64,000 nucleotides of DNA from Octopus sinensis (taxonomy: Eukaryota), in contig NC_043012.1 in NCBI RefSeq assembly GCF_006345805.1, positions 9,238,001 through 9,302,000 on the forward strand, given 5' to 3'. The notes beneath the pieces are model-generated. The model was not told the origin of the DNA, did no database searches, and saw nothing but the letters and a program-made list of their open reading frames with translations. A program made the position numbers and the translations under genes. Below are positions 51,146 to 63,751 of the stretch, piece by piece. Positions within the stretch are counted from its first letter, which is position 1; each line of letters starts with the position of its first letter.

Positions 51146-53143
51146 ACCGAATGTAACACAGTTTGGGTATACACACACATACACACACACTCACGCAGAC
51201 ACACACATATACATATAATGTACATTTAAACATACATACAAATATATCTCCACCTCTATACCCAATGTTTTGTGAAAAATATGGCGCGTGCCTCCTAACA
51301 GATCGATTCAAAATTCGATGAGTAAACATCAGAGAAAACGTACCCCTTGCCTTTAATGTCCTTCAATATTGTTCTTTATTTTCCAAAGAGTTACTGGTGA
51401 AACAAAATATATTTTGTTGGACTAACGATTATGGACAACCTTCTTATTTATAGATTTATCTTCAAGTTATTTATCTTAGTGGTTGGCCATAGTTTCTTTG
51501 AACTTGTCCCCACCTGAAATTTATATAAACATATACGGGTTGGGTGAACTAGTGGTAACAACTTATTAAATGAAAGTTTTATTATCTAACACGGAGTTGT
51601 TCCAACTTTGGCATCAACGAAAGCTTACTACGTCGGGGAAGTGGCTCGTATGGGTTCTGTTCGGTTGTTAGGGGAATTTTGAGTTATTTATAGGAAATGT
51701 AGCTCTTGCTGCCAGCAGGGTGATCAACCAGAAAGGATTCATTTCATAGTTCCTTGCATTGATTTTGAAGAACATGGTACACTTTACTTGTATTCAATAG
51801 ATTATAAATGGAAAAATGGGACCCTCTTCTTGACTCAAATTTATTCTAAGAGGTTTCCCATATTTTAAAATGAATGAATTTCGACAATTAAGTTCTATAG
51901 AGAGCAGGGTTTCAAATTGTTAAACTAAAAAATATAAACTAAATAAAAGATACCCTCTTTACAAAATGGATACACATTTCCACATGCGTACATACACGGA
52001 AACCCTTCAGTTTTGAATTATTAATTTATATTTCATGCCTGCATTAATTTTCAGCTCTTTAGTTGAACGCCGATTATCCACATTGGCTGTTTTCTTTCTA
52101 GACTTGATTGCAGATGTATTTTGAAAACCGAGTCAAGCATTTATGTTTTATTTGAATATAACAAAGCATCTGTCTTAAAAAATTAACCCGGAAACATTTA
52201 AGTGCATCTCTCAGAATGGAAGCTCTTAATTATTTTAAGTAACTTCACAATGAAACGTTTTGGTTATTGTCCCATCATAATCCATTGAAAAGCTAACAAA
52301 ACGACTTTAAAGTTAAATGAAAGCATAATTTTTAATGCATTATATAACTAAGTTTGAATTGTTTTTGACTATGTATTTTTTTATATCGTTTCTGCTTTTC
52401 AGCCCAATCGGAAATGATAAATGAATATTGTTCCCTATAGAAGCTAAATTTCCCACAGGAAAGGGGGTAATATTGGGTTAAATCGATAGAATCAACAATG
52501 CAGTTTTCTTGACAAATTAGTTTTAATCCTTCTTAAAAGAAATCCTCGCAATCAACACATGGAAACACACAAACACAATAACACAGATATTCATACATAG
52601 ATGTATGTATTGCAAATAAGTGTTTTGTGTGGTCGACTCTTCTCGTCAACTATTTGAAAGAATAACCTCGAACGACAGGAAGGTTTAAACCATGCCAGTT
52701 TTCTTCAGCTGGTAACGGGAACTATTAAGTCAAGTACCTTTTCTCATCAGAATGGACGGTTTAATGTTTACGGGAAGTAATTCAAACAAAGATTCCGAAT
52801 TTTTCTCAAGGAGATGTCTCATCATATCTCAGCCATTTTCTTCATCTATTGATGTTAAACGTGTGCTAATATCAAGGAGGAAAAATAAGTGGCTGGATAT
52901 GATTGATACGCTCAAAGAGAAATACACATGCAGATATATAGGACTCACAGACTACAAATAAACAAGAAACAGTTCAAAAGGTTTCGGTAAGGGCTGTTGT
53001 TATTGGATAGCTTTCTGTTAGGGTTGTTTTTATTGTAAAGCGTCGACTTAGAAGATTTTGCAATTCTTAAAAGCAAATATTCTTTATTCAATGTTTGTAA
53101 AAAGTTAGCATGATAGTATAAGTCGTTGAAATTTAATGTTTCT

Positions 53144-53276
53144 GATTGAATAGACTAATGTTTGAGTGATTGACGATTGAATAGACTAATGTCTGAGTGA
53201 TTGAAGATTGAATATATTAATGTTTGAGTGGTTGATGGTTGAATGTACTAATGTTTGAGTGACTGATGATTGAATG
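53144..53276. repeat. Minisatellite, ~4.3 x 31 bp, diverged
   Basis: Units start at 53144, 53175, 53206, 53237 and 53268. Confidence 0.9.
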
Positions 53277-53412
53277 AATTTGTGACCTTGTCTATAAACA
53301 CCATAGAGATGGCCACAATATCACCAACAAGAAGACTGAAATCAACAGCGGCCAAACAGCAGCAACAACAATTACTGCAGCATCAATAGCAACGGCAGCA
53401 GCAGCAGCAGCA

Positions 53413-53712
53413 GGAGGCGCAATGGACCAATGGTTAGGGCAGCGGACTCGCGGTTTCGATTCCCAGACCGGGCGTTTTGTGTGTTTATTGAGCGAAAACA
53501 CCTAAAGCTCCACGAGGCTCCGGCAGGGGGTGGTGGCGACCCCTGTTATACTCTTTCGCTACAAATTTCTCTCACTCTTTCTTCCTGTTTCTTGTCTCCG
53601 ACTTCCTATGCAACCGCTGAGCCTGGATGCGCATTCATCCATCCGTCGATGCTCTCGGTGTCGGGGGTTGACCTGCTTTCTCTTCTGCGGGTCTTAGGAA
53701 TAGCAAAGGACC
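53413..53712 (+). mobile_element. SINE family C, tail type 3
   Basis: Same head and body, then gctgagcctggatgcgcattcatcc...ggaatagcaaagg. Confidence 0.85.
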
Positions 53713-53787
53713 ACGTTTCAGACTTCTCCTAAGAGGACGAAGACCGCTTCGCTCAACAGCAGCAGCAGTAGCATAAGCAGCAGCAGC

Positions 53788-53818
<31 letters not shown>

Positions 53819-54224
53819 TCCGCATCAGCAACCACCAACCAACAACTACTTCAACATAACACCGAAAACCTTCCCCGAGACAGCCTTCCGTCTTCGGATT
53901 ACTCAGATATGTCCTGTAATCTAGATGATGAAAAGCCCTAAATGGCAAACAGTCACCAAAGCGAAAGCCAAAGAAAGAGGAACAAAATTACACCATCACA
54001 AAAACTGACAGTTACGAACAAACAGCGGAGATGCTTTTCAGCAACAATGCTCAAACGCCAACCCCAACTACAATGGCAAAGATAGTATCAACATCATCCC
54101 TGTCACCACCACCACCAAAATTAGATACATCATAACTACAAGCAAAACCTAATTCTCATGTACAATAGTTTGGTCGCAAATCCCAGCACTATCAAAATTC
54201 AACATCATCGACTACATTGCCATA

Positions 54225-55125
54225 AACACGATCAATAGGCGTAGGGTACTCGAGATCGAGCAGGTGTGTGCGGGCGGCATTTCAAGAGCACTTCATCAAG
54301 TTGCTTGACAGTCCGAAACGCAGGATGAACTTAGGATGTTATCCACGACAGCATGCCACGATCTCGGCAGAAGGGGCAGAAGGGGCAGAGCTTTGCGAAA
54401 TGCCGATAACAGCCGCAGAAGTACGGGATAGGATGATGTGCTGCACAGGATGGGGGTGGGGATAAATCATCTGGCTTGGATGGTCTGCCCTATGAGCTTT
54501 ACTTTTCAATGTCAGATTTGTTTGGCAGCCTCTTAGTAGATATCTACCGTAACTGATAATAGAACGGAACAATTCCCAAATTTTAGGGCATAACTCTACC
54601 TAACGAAAACAAAATGTTGGCCAAGGTGTTTCCAAAGAATTGGGAAACTTGTCAGGGACCTGATTGGTGATGCACAAACAGGAGCCATCCGACGTAGATC
54701 CATCTACGACAACTTCCATCTCATGCGATACATGATATGATTTGTCGGCAAAGAAGCTGGCATGGGTGGGACCCTGATCAACCTAAAGCCTTTGATAGGG
54801 TCAACCACCGATACATAGCTGCCGTTCTCTCACCGGCCGGTTTCAGTTCAATTTTTCGCGTCTGGATCGTCACAATGTATAGAGACATCTGCTTAATAGG
54901 TTGGTTGAATGGTTACCTAAGGAAATTTTTAGCATCATGGACTCGGTCCGTCAAGTGTGTCTCCTCCCGTCTCTTCTGTATGCAATGGATCTAGAGCTCC
55001 TACTGCTGAAACTGGAGGGTTTGAGAGGTATCCCGCTCGAACTACGTCGCTGGAGAATCGTGTCAACATACACGGACGAAGTCCATCATTGTGTAAAACA
55101 CCAGGCATACCGACCTGGTCGACAC
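54225..55125 (+). mobile_element. Tx1/L1-clade LINE ORF2 (reverse transcriptase) remnant
   Basis: AAFQEHF...LCEMPITAAEV; LDGLPYE; KMLAKV; AQTGAI..RSIYDNFHLMRY; KAFDRVNHRY; VRQ..L..LLY; many frameshifts. Confidence 0.9.
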
Positions 55126-55209
55126 TGCTTTAACTGCCTTGTGGCAACCATTTGAAATAATAATAATGATGATGATCATGATGATAATAATAATAATGAT
55201 AATAATAAT

Positions 55210-55435
55210 AATAATTATTATTATTATTTAGGCGGTGAGCTGGCAGAATTGTTAGCATGCCGGACCAAATGCTTAGCGATATTTCATCCGTTTTTACGCT
55301 TTGAGTTCGGTAGCCGCCGAGGTCGACTTTGTTTTTCATCCTTTCCAGGTTGATAGAATAACTGCCGGAGTACTGGGGTCGTTATCATCGACTTACCTCT
55401 TCTCTGAAATTGCTGGCCCTGTACCAAAATTTAAA
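55210..55435 (+). mobile_element. Degenerate SINE family B
   Basis: ggcggtgagctggcagaattgttagc..gccgaggtcgactttgtttttcatcc. Confidence 0.8.
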
Positions 55436-55879
55436 ATCATCATCATCATTATATTATCATTGCCACTATTTTTATAATTATTTGTACGTTTTTGAGCGGC
55501 GGTGCCTTGAAGAGGTGCGCTATGTGTCTTGTGTCGTGGATCGATTCGATTCGAAAAAGGGAGTGATGTGGGATGGTATAGGTGTGGTGAGTTGAAATGG
55601 TAGGTAAACTATTGAAAGTATTGTCGCAGTGGTAGAAGATAGAAAGGACTCAATACAGCAGTGAGTTACACGCTAAGTTAGAGTATGGTTGTGTAAGATA
55701 TCTTCATGGCATGACAAATTAATTAATACATTTCAGAGGTTTCCTGAGTAGCTATCGATAACACTTAGGTAACCAGTCATTCGGTGATATGACGGCATTA
55801 TTACAACCAGGGAAGGTAGGGAGAGAACATGTGAGGAGAGAGGAAGAGCGAAAGACGAGGAGAGAGAAAGACAGAAGGA

Positions 55880-56175
55880 GAGAGAGAAAGGGAGAAAGTG
55901 AGAGAAAAAGAGTAAGTGGGAGAAAGTGCGAAAGTGAGAGAAAGGGAGAAAGTGGGAGAAAGGGAGAAAGTAGGAGAAAGGGAGAAAGTAGGAGAAAGGG
56001 AGAAGGTGAGAGAAAGGGAGAAAGTGGGAGAAAGGGAGAAAGTAGGAGAAAGGGAGAAAGTAGGAGAAAGGGAGAAAGTGAGAGAAAGGGAGAAAGTGGG
56101 AGAAAGTGCGAAAGTGAGAGAAAGGGAGAAAGTCGGAGAAAGGGAGAAAGTGAGAGAAAGGGAAAAAGTGAGTGT
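55880..56175. repeat. 18-bp purine-rich minisatellite with higher-order structure
   Basis: Unit gagaaagggagaaagtNN; gives the REKVGE pseudo-ORF. Confidence 0.9.
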
Positions 56176-56255
56176 CAGAGGGAGTGAAGAGAGGGAAGAG
56201 AGAGAAGAGGGAGAATAACAAAAGACAAGACAGAAGTGATAAGACGATATCTACA

Positions 56256-56637
56256 TCTCTCTCTATATAAACGGCAGTTTGTCTGTGCGTGTTTCTGTGT
56301 GTCTGTTTTCTCGTACCCTCACTCTGACCACGGCTTTCAACCGATTCTGATGAAAATTGACACACACATAGCCAATGTCATAATTCAAAACTAACGGAGC
56401 GAAAATTTTGAAAAGTTCCCCCAGTTCTGAAAAAAATCGATAAATTCGACATGGGGTCGAGAATCAAAAAAATAAACCACAGACTGTCTAGGGGACGCAA
56501 CTCAAACTTTTTTTACTCTCAAAAAAAAATTTACATCATTTTTTTCCATTTTTTGCTATTTTTTGGCTATAACTCTCTAAAAATGCTTTATAGTTATTTC
56601 CCTTACAAACCTGAGCAACGCCGGGCGATACTGCTAG
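56256..56637 (+). mobile_element. Non-autonomous Helitron, copy 3
   Basis: A|TC start, hairpin cctgagcaacgccggg, CTAG|T end; colinear with copy 1. Confidence 0.85.
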
Positions 56638-57055
56638 TATAGAATAAAGAAAGAACATTCTTTAGAAATTTGCAGAATACCATTCTGACTGTCACAAGAT
56701 ATTTCAAACTTATTTAACACACACACACAAAAAAAAATCAAGAAACAAATACTTTAAGAATTAGCTGTAAACCAAAGAAACATGAAAATTTTTCTATATT
56801 TATTTCCTTTACATATAGATGAAATGAATAAGAGCGGTTTAGATGAGTTGCGTTTTTAGTATCAATATTGGTATTTCCTGCTGTAATGTTTTTTAAGTGT
56901 TCCATTCATCTTGTAACAAATAATGACACAATCGGAGATTCTTCTTCTTTACAACATTTCGTTTAGTATGTATATTTGTTAAAGAATGAAGTGGGGATTT
57001 GCGGCTATGGTCAGTATAGATAGCTCTCAGGCCAGTGACGACTATGTATTCATAG

Positions 57056-57495
57056 CAGGGATCGGCGAACAGGGGTAAATTACCTCAATTGGGGTAAAAA
57101 TGAAACACTTGCGGGTAATGAGGACACGTTAGACCATAAGTAAAATTATATAAAAGAACGTGTTTTTTGTTACGACAGAAATCTTTTCCTTCAGGCATGA
57201 GGAGACAGTCAAAAAGTTGCTGCCTGTTGCAACAACCTACCATTGTGACCAAGGATTTGCCACTCTAATGAACATAAAAACAAAGCAGAGTAACCGATTG
57301 GAACGTGAAGACTGGATCTAAATTGCTCTGGCATCAAAATGCCCCAATTTTGATGTATTGTAACAGAAATGAAACAACATCATTTCTCTAAAACCTGAAG
57401 TGAAAACATTTATAGAAAAATCCTTTTGTTCCATAATGAGGATATTTTTTATGTTTATAATGGTATCCTCCATATAAAAGTAGGTTCAACAGACC
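57056..57495 (+). mobile_element. hAT (Charlie/Buster-like) deletion derivative with transposase C-terminal remnant
   Basis: Left end cagggatcggcgaac; KKLLPVATTYHCDQGFATLMNIKTKQSNRL matches the LLPF.TTYLCE.GFS....K.K.RNRL dimerisation motif. Confidence 0.8.
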
Positions 57496-57918
57496 TTTTG
57501 AATTCAAAGAATCTATGATTTTCTTCCTTTCAAAAAAAAAAAAAAAAAAGGGCGTAACGTTGGCGTAAATAAATATATTTCAGGGTAATTGGTTATAAAA
57601 GTTCAACAATTCCTGATTCATGATGTACGTTTCTAGAATGATGTATATCGGTAAACATGAACCTGTGAGACGTTCTGGAGACAAAGACCCACAAAAAACG
57701 ACCCACACCAAAACACCCCTACCCGGAATTGGAAGAACTGTTTTCTTTTACTCTTTCACTTGTTTCAGTCATCTGACTGCGGCCATGCTGGTGGGCAGGA
57801 GGCAGGTGATGCACTATAAGAATGCCCCGAAGACGAATGACAGAAACGTCGGCAGACAATCGGCTGATAGGGAAGAAAGAATTAGAATATATACATATAT
57901 ATATATATACATTAGAAT

Positions 57919-57984
57919 ACCGTAAATTTTCCCTCCAAAATTCTGCCATGCGCATGGCAGAATTTTGGAGGGAAAATTTACGGT
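57919..57984. repeat. Perfect 66-bp spacer-less palindrome
   Basis: accgtaaattttccctccaaaattctgccatgc|gcatggcagaattttggagggaaaatttacggt. Confidence 0.95.
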
Positions 57985-58331
57985 CTCAGTCGTTTACTTA
58001 GTTTTAACCTATGCACACTTCCCCCCACTATCTGATGACGCCTGATCAGAGGTGGAGGCTGGTGGCATTTGATAAATCTAACGAAGATGGTGCTGACGAA
58101 AGAATTTAGGCAATTTCTCGCCTACGATCTAGAAACATGTTCACCATTAACGGTAAGAGATTGTTTTCGTTTATTTACTACTCCGATTTTGCGTATGTGA
58201 ATTGCAGGGTTTGTCGTATATGGAGCCTCCACTTGTAGAAAATGGAAATAAACAGTCTCTGACTGCCATTTCTAATTCTTTCGGTATGCGGCAGAGCAAC
58301 CTGTTGCCTGCCCTTTTAATTATATACATTA

Positions 58332-58405
<74 letters not shown>

Positions 58406-58435
58406 CATATATAAATTAATATTTATGTATATGTA

Positions 58436-58668
58436 TGTTGCTCCAGTTCACTCAGCTGTAGAAATTAGTTGAGACGTCACTGATGCCAAGCTGTATCGGC
58501 CTTTTCCTTTCCCTTGGATGACATAGGTGGCGTGGAGAGGTGGGGGCTGATATGCATGGGCGACTGCTGATCTTCCATAAACAACCTTGCCCCGACCTGT
58601 GCCTCGTGGGGGGGGGGATGTAACTTTCTAGGGGCAATCCCATGATCATTCGTGACGAAGGGGGTCTC
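58436..58668 (+). mobile_element. SINE-like 3' portion (family D); second copy at about 60315-60545
   Basis: ttgctccagttcactcagctgtagaaa..ggcgactgctgatcttccataaacaaccttgccc..gggggtctc; classification recalled, not verified. Confidence 0.5.
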
Positions 58669-58748
58669 CGATATGTATTATATAAATATGTATATATATT
58701 TATGATATATTTATTCATTATAATATACAATTATATATATTTATATAC

Positions 58749-58823
<75 letters not shown>

Positions 58824-59066
58824 AATATACAATTATATATATTTATATTAGAAGAGTATCAGATAGTTTAAGAAAGTTGATATCTTTCTTTGGTGTTTCA
58901 CAGAATGTAGGTTTAGCTTTCAAAGATTTTCGTTTATAAGACTTCTCGATTATCTATTCTCGCTCCCCTCTTTTGATTCTATCTGCGACAATTAAAAAAT
59001 ATTTGATCATTATGAGGATTTCAAGTTTTGCATAGACTTAGTCAAAGTACAGAGCTTGGTATCATT

Positions 59067-59478
59067 ATGGCGAGCTGGCAGAAACGTTTACGGGCGAAAT
59101 GCTAAGCGGAAATTCGTCTGCCGTTACGTTCTGAGTTCAAATTCCGCCGAGGTCGACTTTGCCTTTCATCCTTTCGGGGTCGATAAATAAGTACCAGTTA
59201 CTCTCTGGGGTCGATATAATCGACTTAATCCGTTTGTCTGTCCTTGTTCCTCCTCCCTGTGTTTAGCCCCTTGTGGGTAGTAAAGAAATAGGTATTTTGC
59301 CTGCCGCTATGTTCTGGTTCAAATTCCGCCGAGGTCGACTTTGCCTTTCATCCTTTCGGGGTCGATTAAATAAGTACCAGTTACTCTCTGGGGTCGATAT
59401 AATCGACTGAATCCGTTTCTCTGTCCTTGTTTGTCCCCTCTGTGTTTAGCCCCTTGTGGGTAGTAAAGAAATAGGTAT
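59067..59478 (+). mobile_element. SINE family B concatemer; duplicate at about 60937-61350
   Basis: Two ~184-bp units joined at gaaataggtattttgcctgccg. Confidence 0.9.
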
Positions 59479-60135
59479 CGTTATTGATTAATTTATTGGA
59501 ACATAACCTTCGATTTACAAGTTACTAATGATATCAGAGTTCACATTCTGCTTGAGCAAAATTTCTATTTCTTCCTACTGAAATTGCTAAAACATACACC
59601 AGTAATGGAGGGCGAATCATTCATTTGCATACCTTTCCGGTTAGCTTTAGCCACGTCATTTTTTTTCCGAGAAATTATTACATATGTAACACAGTAATTG
59701 GATCCAGTTCTTTGATAACAATAATTTCTAGCATGGTTACCAAGTCAGAAATGTTTTGAAGAATGTTTAATCGATTAAATAAAACTTTGTAATTGTTCGA
59801 TTCTTCTTTTATTGAGCTGAAAAGATGAAATGCAATGTCCCCCCTCAACAAGAAATGCTCCACTGATCGCTCTATAAATTTTTAGCATAATACCTTCAGG
59901 ATATAAAATGTACTCCCCCGCCCCATAAAAATCAATTATTCTCCACAATATGCACCCCCGCCTCCAATAAGTGTGAGATACATTGTTCAGAACAGTTACT
60001 GAGAATATTTCCATTTTCTCACTGAATTCGATTTTTACAATGATCAATATTATTTTCGACTGGAAAACGTAGCTTTTAATTCAATATTATTTGATTCATT
60101 GAGTTATTTCTTGTAAACATTGTACATTGCGTTAG

Positions 60136-60173
<38 letters not shown>

Positions 60174-60209
60174 ATATACATGCGCGCATGTGTGTAGACA
60201 CACACACAC

Positions 60210-60242
<33 letters not shown>

Positions 60243-60256
60243 TGCAGCTGTGTGTG

Positions 60257-60289
<33 letters not shown>

Positions 60290-60623
60290 TAAATTAATAT
60301 TTATGTATATGTATGTTGCTCCAGTTCACTCAGCTGTAGAAATTAGTTGAGACGTCACTGATGCCAAGCTGTATCGGCCTTTGCCTTTCCTTGGATGACA
60401 TAGGTGGCGTGGAGAGGTGGGGGCTGATATGCATGGGCGACTGCTGATCTTCCATAAACAACCTTGCCCCGACCTGTGCCTCGTGGGGGGGTGGATGTAA
60501 CTTTCTAGGGGCAATCCCATGATCATTCGTGACGAAGGGGGTCTCCGATATGTATTATATAAATATGTATATATATTTATGATATATTTATTCATTATAA
60601 TATACAATTATATATTTATATAC

Positions 60624-60692
<69 letters not shown>

Positions 60693-62001
60693 AATATACA
60701 ATTATATATATTTATATTAGAAGAGTATCAGATAGTTTAAGAAAGTTGATATCTTTCTTTGGTGTTTCACAGAATGTAGGTTTAGCTTTCAAAGATTTTC
60801 GTTTATAAGACTTCTCGATTATCTATTCTCGCTCCCCTCTTTTGATTCTATCTGCGACAATTAAAAAATATTTGATCATTTATGAGGATTTCAAGTTTTG
60901 CATAGACTTAGTCAAAGTACAGAGCTTGGTATCATTATGGCGAGCTGGCAGAAACGTTTACGGGCGAAATGCTAAGCGGAAATTCGTCTGCCGTTACGTT
61001 CTGAGTTCAAATTCCGCCGAGGTCGACTTTGCCTTTCATCCTTTCGGGGTCGATTAAATAAGTACCAGTTACTCTCTGGGGTCGATATAATCGACTTAAT
61101 CCGTTTGTCTGTCCTTGTTCCTCCTCCCTGTGTTTAGCCCCTTGTGGGTAGTAAAGAAATAGGTATTTTGCCTGCCGCTATGTTCTGAGTTCAAATTCCG
61201 CCGAGGTCGACTTTGCCTTTCATCCTTTCGGGGTCGATTAAATAAGTACCAGTTACTCTCTGGGGTCGATATAATCGACTGAATCCGTTTCTCTGTCCTT
61301 GTTTGTCCCCTCTGTGTTTAGCCCCTTGTGGGTAGTAAAGAAATAGGTATCGTTATTGATTAATTTATTGGAACATAACCTTCGATTTACAAGTTACTAA
61401 TGATATCAGAGTTCACATTCTGCTTGAGCAAAATTTCTATTTCTTCCTACTGAAATTGCTAAAACATACACCAGTAATGGAGGGCGAATCATTCATTTGC
61501 ATACCTTTCCGGTTAGCTTTAGCCACGTCATTTTTTTTCCGAGAAATTATTACATATGTAACACAGTAATTGGATCCAGTTCTTTGATAACAATAATTTC
61601 TAGCATGTTACCAAGTCAGAAATGTTTGAAGAATGTTTAATCGATTAAATAAAACTTTGTAATTGTTCGATTCTTCTTTTATTGAGCTGAAAAGATGAAA
61701 TGCAATGTCCCCCTCAACAAGAAATGCTCCACTGATCGCTCTATAAATTTTTAGCATAATACCTTCAGGATATAAAATGTACTCCCCCGCCCCATAAAAA
61801 TCAATTATTCTCCACATATGCACCCCCGCCTCCAATAAGTGTGAGATACATTGTTCAGAACAGTTACTGAGAATATTTCCATTTTCTCACTGAATTCGAT
61901 TTTTATAATGATCAATATTATTTTCGACTGGAAAACGTAGCTTTTAATTCAATATTATTTGATTCATTGATTTTTCTTGTAAACATTGTACATTGCGTTA
62001 G

Positions 62002-62042
<41 letters not shown>

Positions 62043-62079
62043 TATACATGCGCGCATGTGTGTAGACACACACACACAC

Positions 62080-62112
<33 letters not shown>

Positions 62113-62189
62113 TGCAGCTGTGTGTGTATATATATATATATATATATAATATACATATAAATATATACATTTAAAATTTTTTTATTCAT

Positions 62190-62494
62190 GTGCCCTTTTC
62201 AAGCCTAGCCAGGCACATGGGCCCGGTTTTCCGGTTTCTATGGCGTATGTGTTCCCCCACCCCTAGCTGGACGGGACGCCAGTCCATCGCAGCATTACTC
62301 AAGAAACAGAAAGAAAGAGTGAGAGTAAGTTGGGCGAAAGAGTACAACAGGGGTCGCCACCACCTGCTGCCGGGTCAACGTTGAGCTTTTAGGTGTTTTC
62401 ACAGTAAACACACACAACGCCCGGTCTGGGAATCGAAAACGCGATCCTCCGACCGCGAGTCCGCTGTCCTAATCACTGGGCCATTGTGCCTCCA
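62190..62494 (-). mobile_element. SINE family C, tail type 4
   Basis: Same head; tail reverse complement ctgcgatggactggcgtcccgtccag. Confidence 0.85.
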
Positions 62495-62539
62495 TATATA
62501 TATATGCTCCTTATTCTCAAGATCTAAACAACTCTCGTG

Positions 62540-62760
62540 GGTAAACGATTTCGTGAGTTTGACAGCAGATCGCTTACAAACGACATCTGATCTTACAACG
62601 CGGCTTACGATCGCTTCAGGGTGCAGGTAAGTACATTAAATACCAAGATCCAACCTGCACCAGGCCAGAACAGTCCGCCCAAGAACATTAGCGTCAATGG
62701 GCAAACCCATAGAAGGAGTTGAACACTTCTCATACCTTGGGAGTATCCTTCCGAAGACCC
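62540..62760 (+). mobile_element. RTE-clade LINE RT fragment
   Basis: With frameshifts NISVNGQ.IEGVEHFSYLGSIL. Confidence 0.65.
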
Positions 62761-62809
62761 CCACACTCTGTCTCTCCTGTTCCACACAAGGCATGCTACA
62801 AATTATTTT

Positions 62810-63220
62810 CCTTTATTTGTCTCAATCAGTAGATTGCGGCCATGCTGCAGCGACGCCTTGAGGAACTTTTTGTCGAATGAATCGACTTTTATTTTCAAGC
62901 CTGGTCCTTACTCTATCCGTCTCTTTTCTCAAACCACGAAGTTACAGGGACGTAAATATACCAACACCAGTTGTGAAGCGGTGTTAAAGGGGCAGACACA
63001 AACACGCAGACACACACACACACACACCACACACACACACACATACACACACACACACACACACAAATGCGGCGGGTTTCCTTCAGTTTCCGTCTATCGA
63101 ATCCACTCGCAAGTCTTTGATCGGCCCAAGACCATACTAGAAGACACTTGTCCAAAGTGCCACGCAGTGGGCCTGAACCCGGAACAATGCGGTTGGGAAG
63201 CAAGCTTCTTACCACACACT
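62810..63220 (-). mobile_element. Degenerate SINE family A
   Basis: Tail, body and head recognisable on the minus strand. Confidence 0.8.
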
Positions 63221-63299
63221 TACATCTGCAACTGAAATAACTAGGCATTGATGAAAACATATCCTACGAAGTGCTTTGAATAAAAATAGAGTGACCCGA

Positions 63300-63545
63300 G
63301 TAAATGATACAAAACTTGGCAGTCGGAGCGGATCTCTCCTTTAACGATAAGACAATGTCCCACAATGTATTTTCAGTACCAGTGTTGCTACCAGCATTTG
63401 GGATACTTGACTGGTTTGTAGAGGAAATCCACTGAGTAGACATTAAAACACTCAAGATCCTGACACGAGGTGGAAACTTTCACAGACACAGGGTATCGAC
63501 AGGCTCTGCCTAAGAAGAGATGAAGGAAGTAAAATTTTGAGATCA
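63300..63545 (+). mobile_element. R4/Dong-clade LINE fragment
   Basis: VFSVPVLLPAFGILDWFVEEIH*VDIKTLKILTRGGNFHRH..DRL.LRRDEG. Confidence 0.8.
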
Positions 63546-63647
63546 GCGCAAATAGCTTCTGAATGTTGCATAATCTATCTTATTACACACATGTGAGTGA
63601 GAACACTTTGAGACATTTTTGGTATCTAACATATGTCAGATACTGCG

Positions 63648-63751
63648 AGCGCTGCTTCTGATTGGTCAATCCATGGTGATGACCCGAGGTCACGGTGACA
63701 GCGCTGCTTCTGATTGGTCAATCCATGGTGATGACCCGAAATCACGGTGAC
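63648..63751. repeat. 52-bp tandem duplication containing a CCAAT box
   Basis: agcgctgcttctgattggtcaatccatggtgatgacccg... at 63648 and 63700. Confidence 0.9.

Larger units (their letters stand above)
58380..62150. repeat. Near-identical ~1.88-kb tandem duplication
   Basis: gctccagttcactcagctg at 58439 and 60318; copies differ mainly by single-base indels and microsatellite length. Confidence 0.95.

Noticed and set aside
55733-56365. 210-aa and REKVGE repeat ORFs
   Set aside because: An 18-bp minisatellite plus Helitron 5' end, open in several frames on both strands.
58032-58060. Hammerhead core CTGATGA
   Set aside because: No GAAA after the putative stem II and no stem III.
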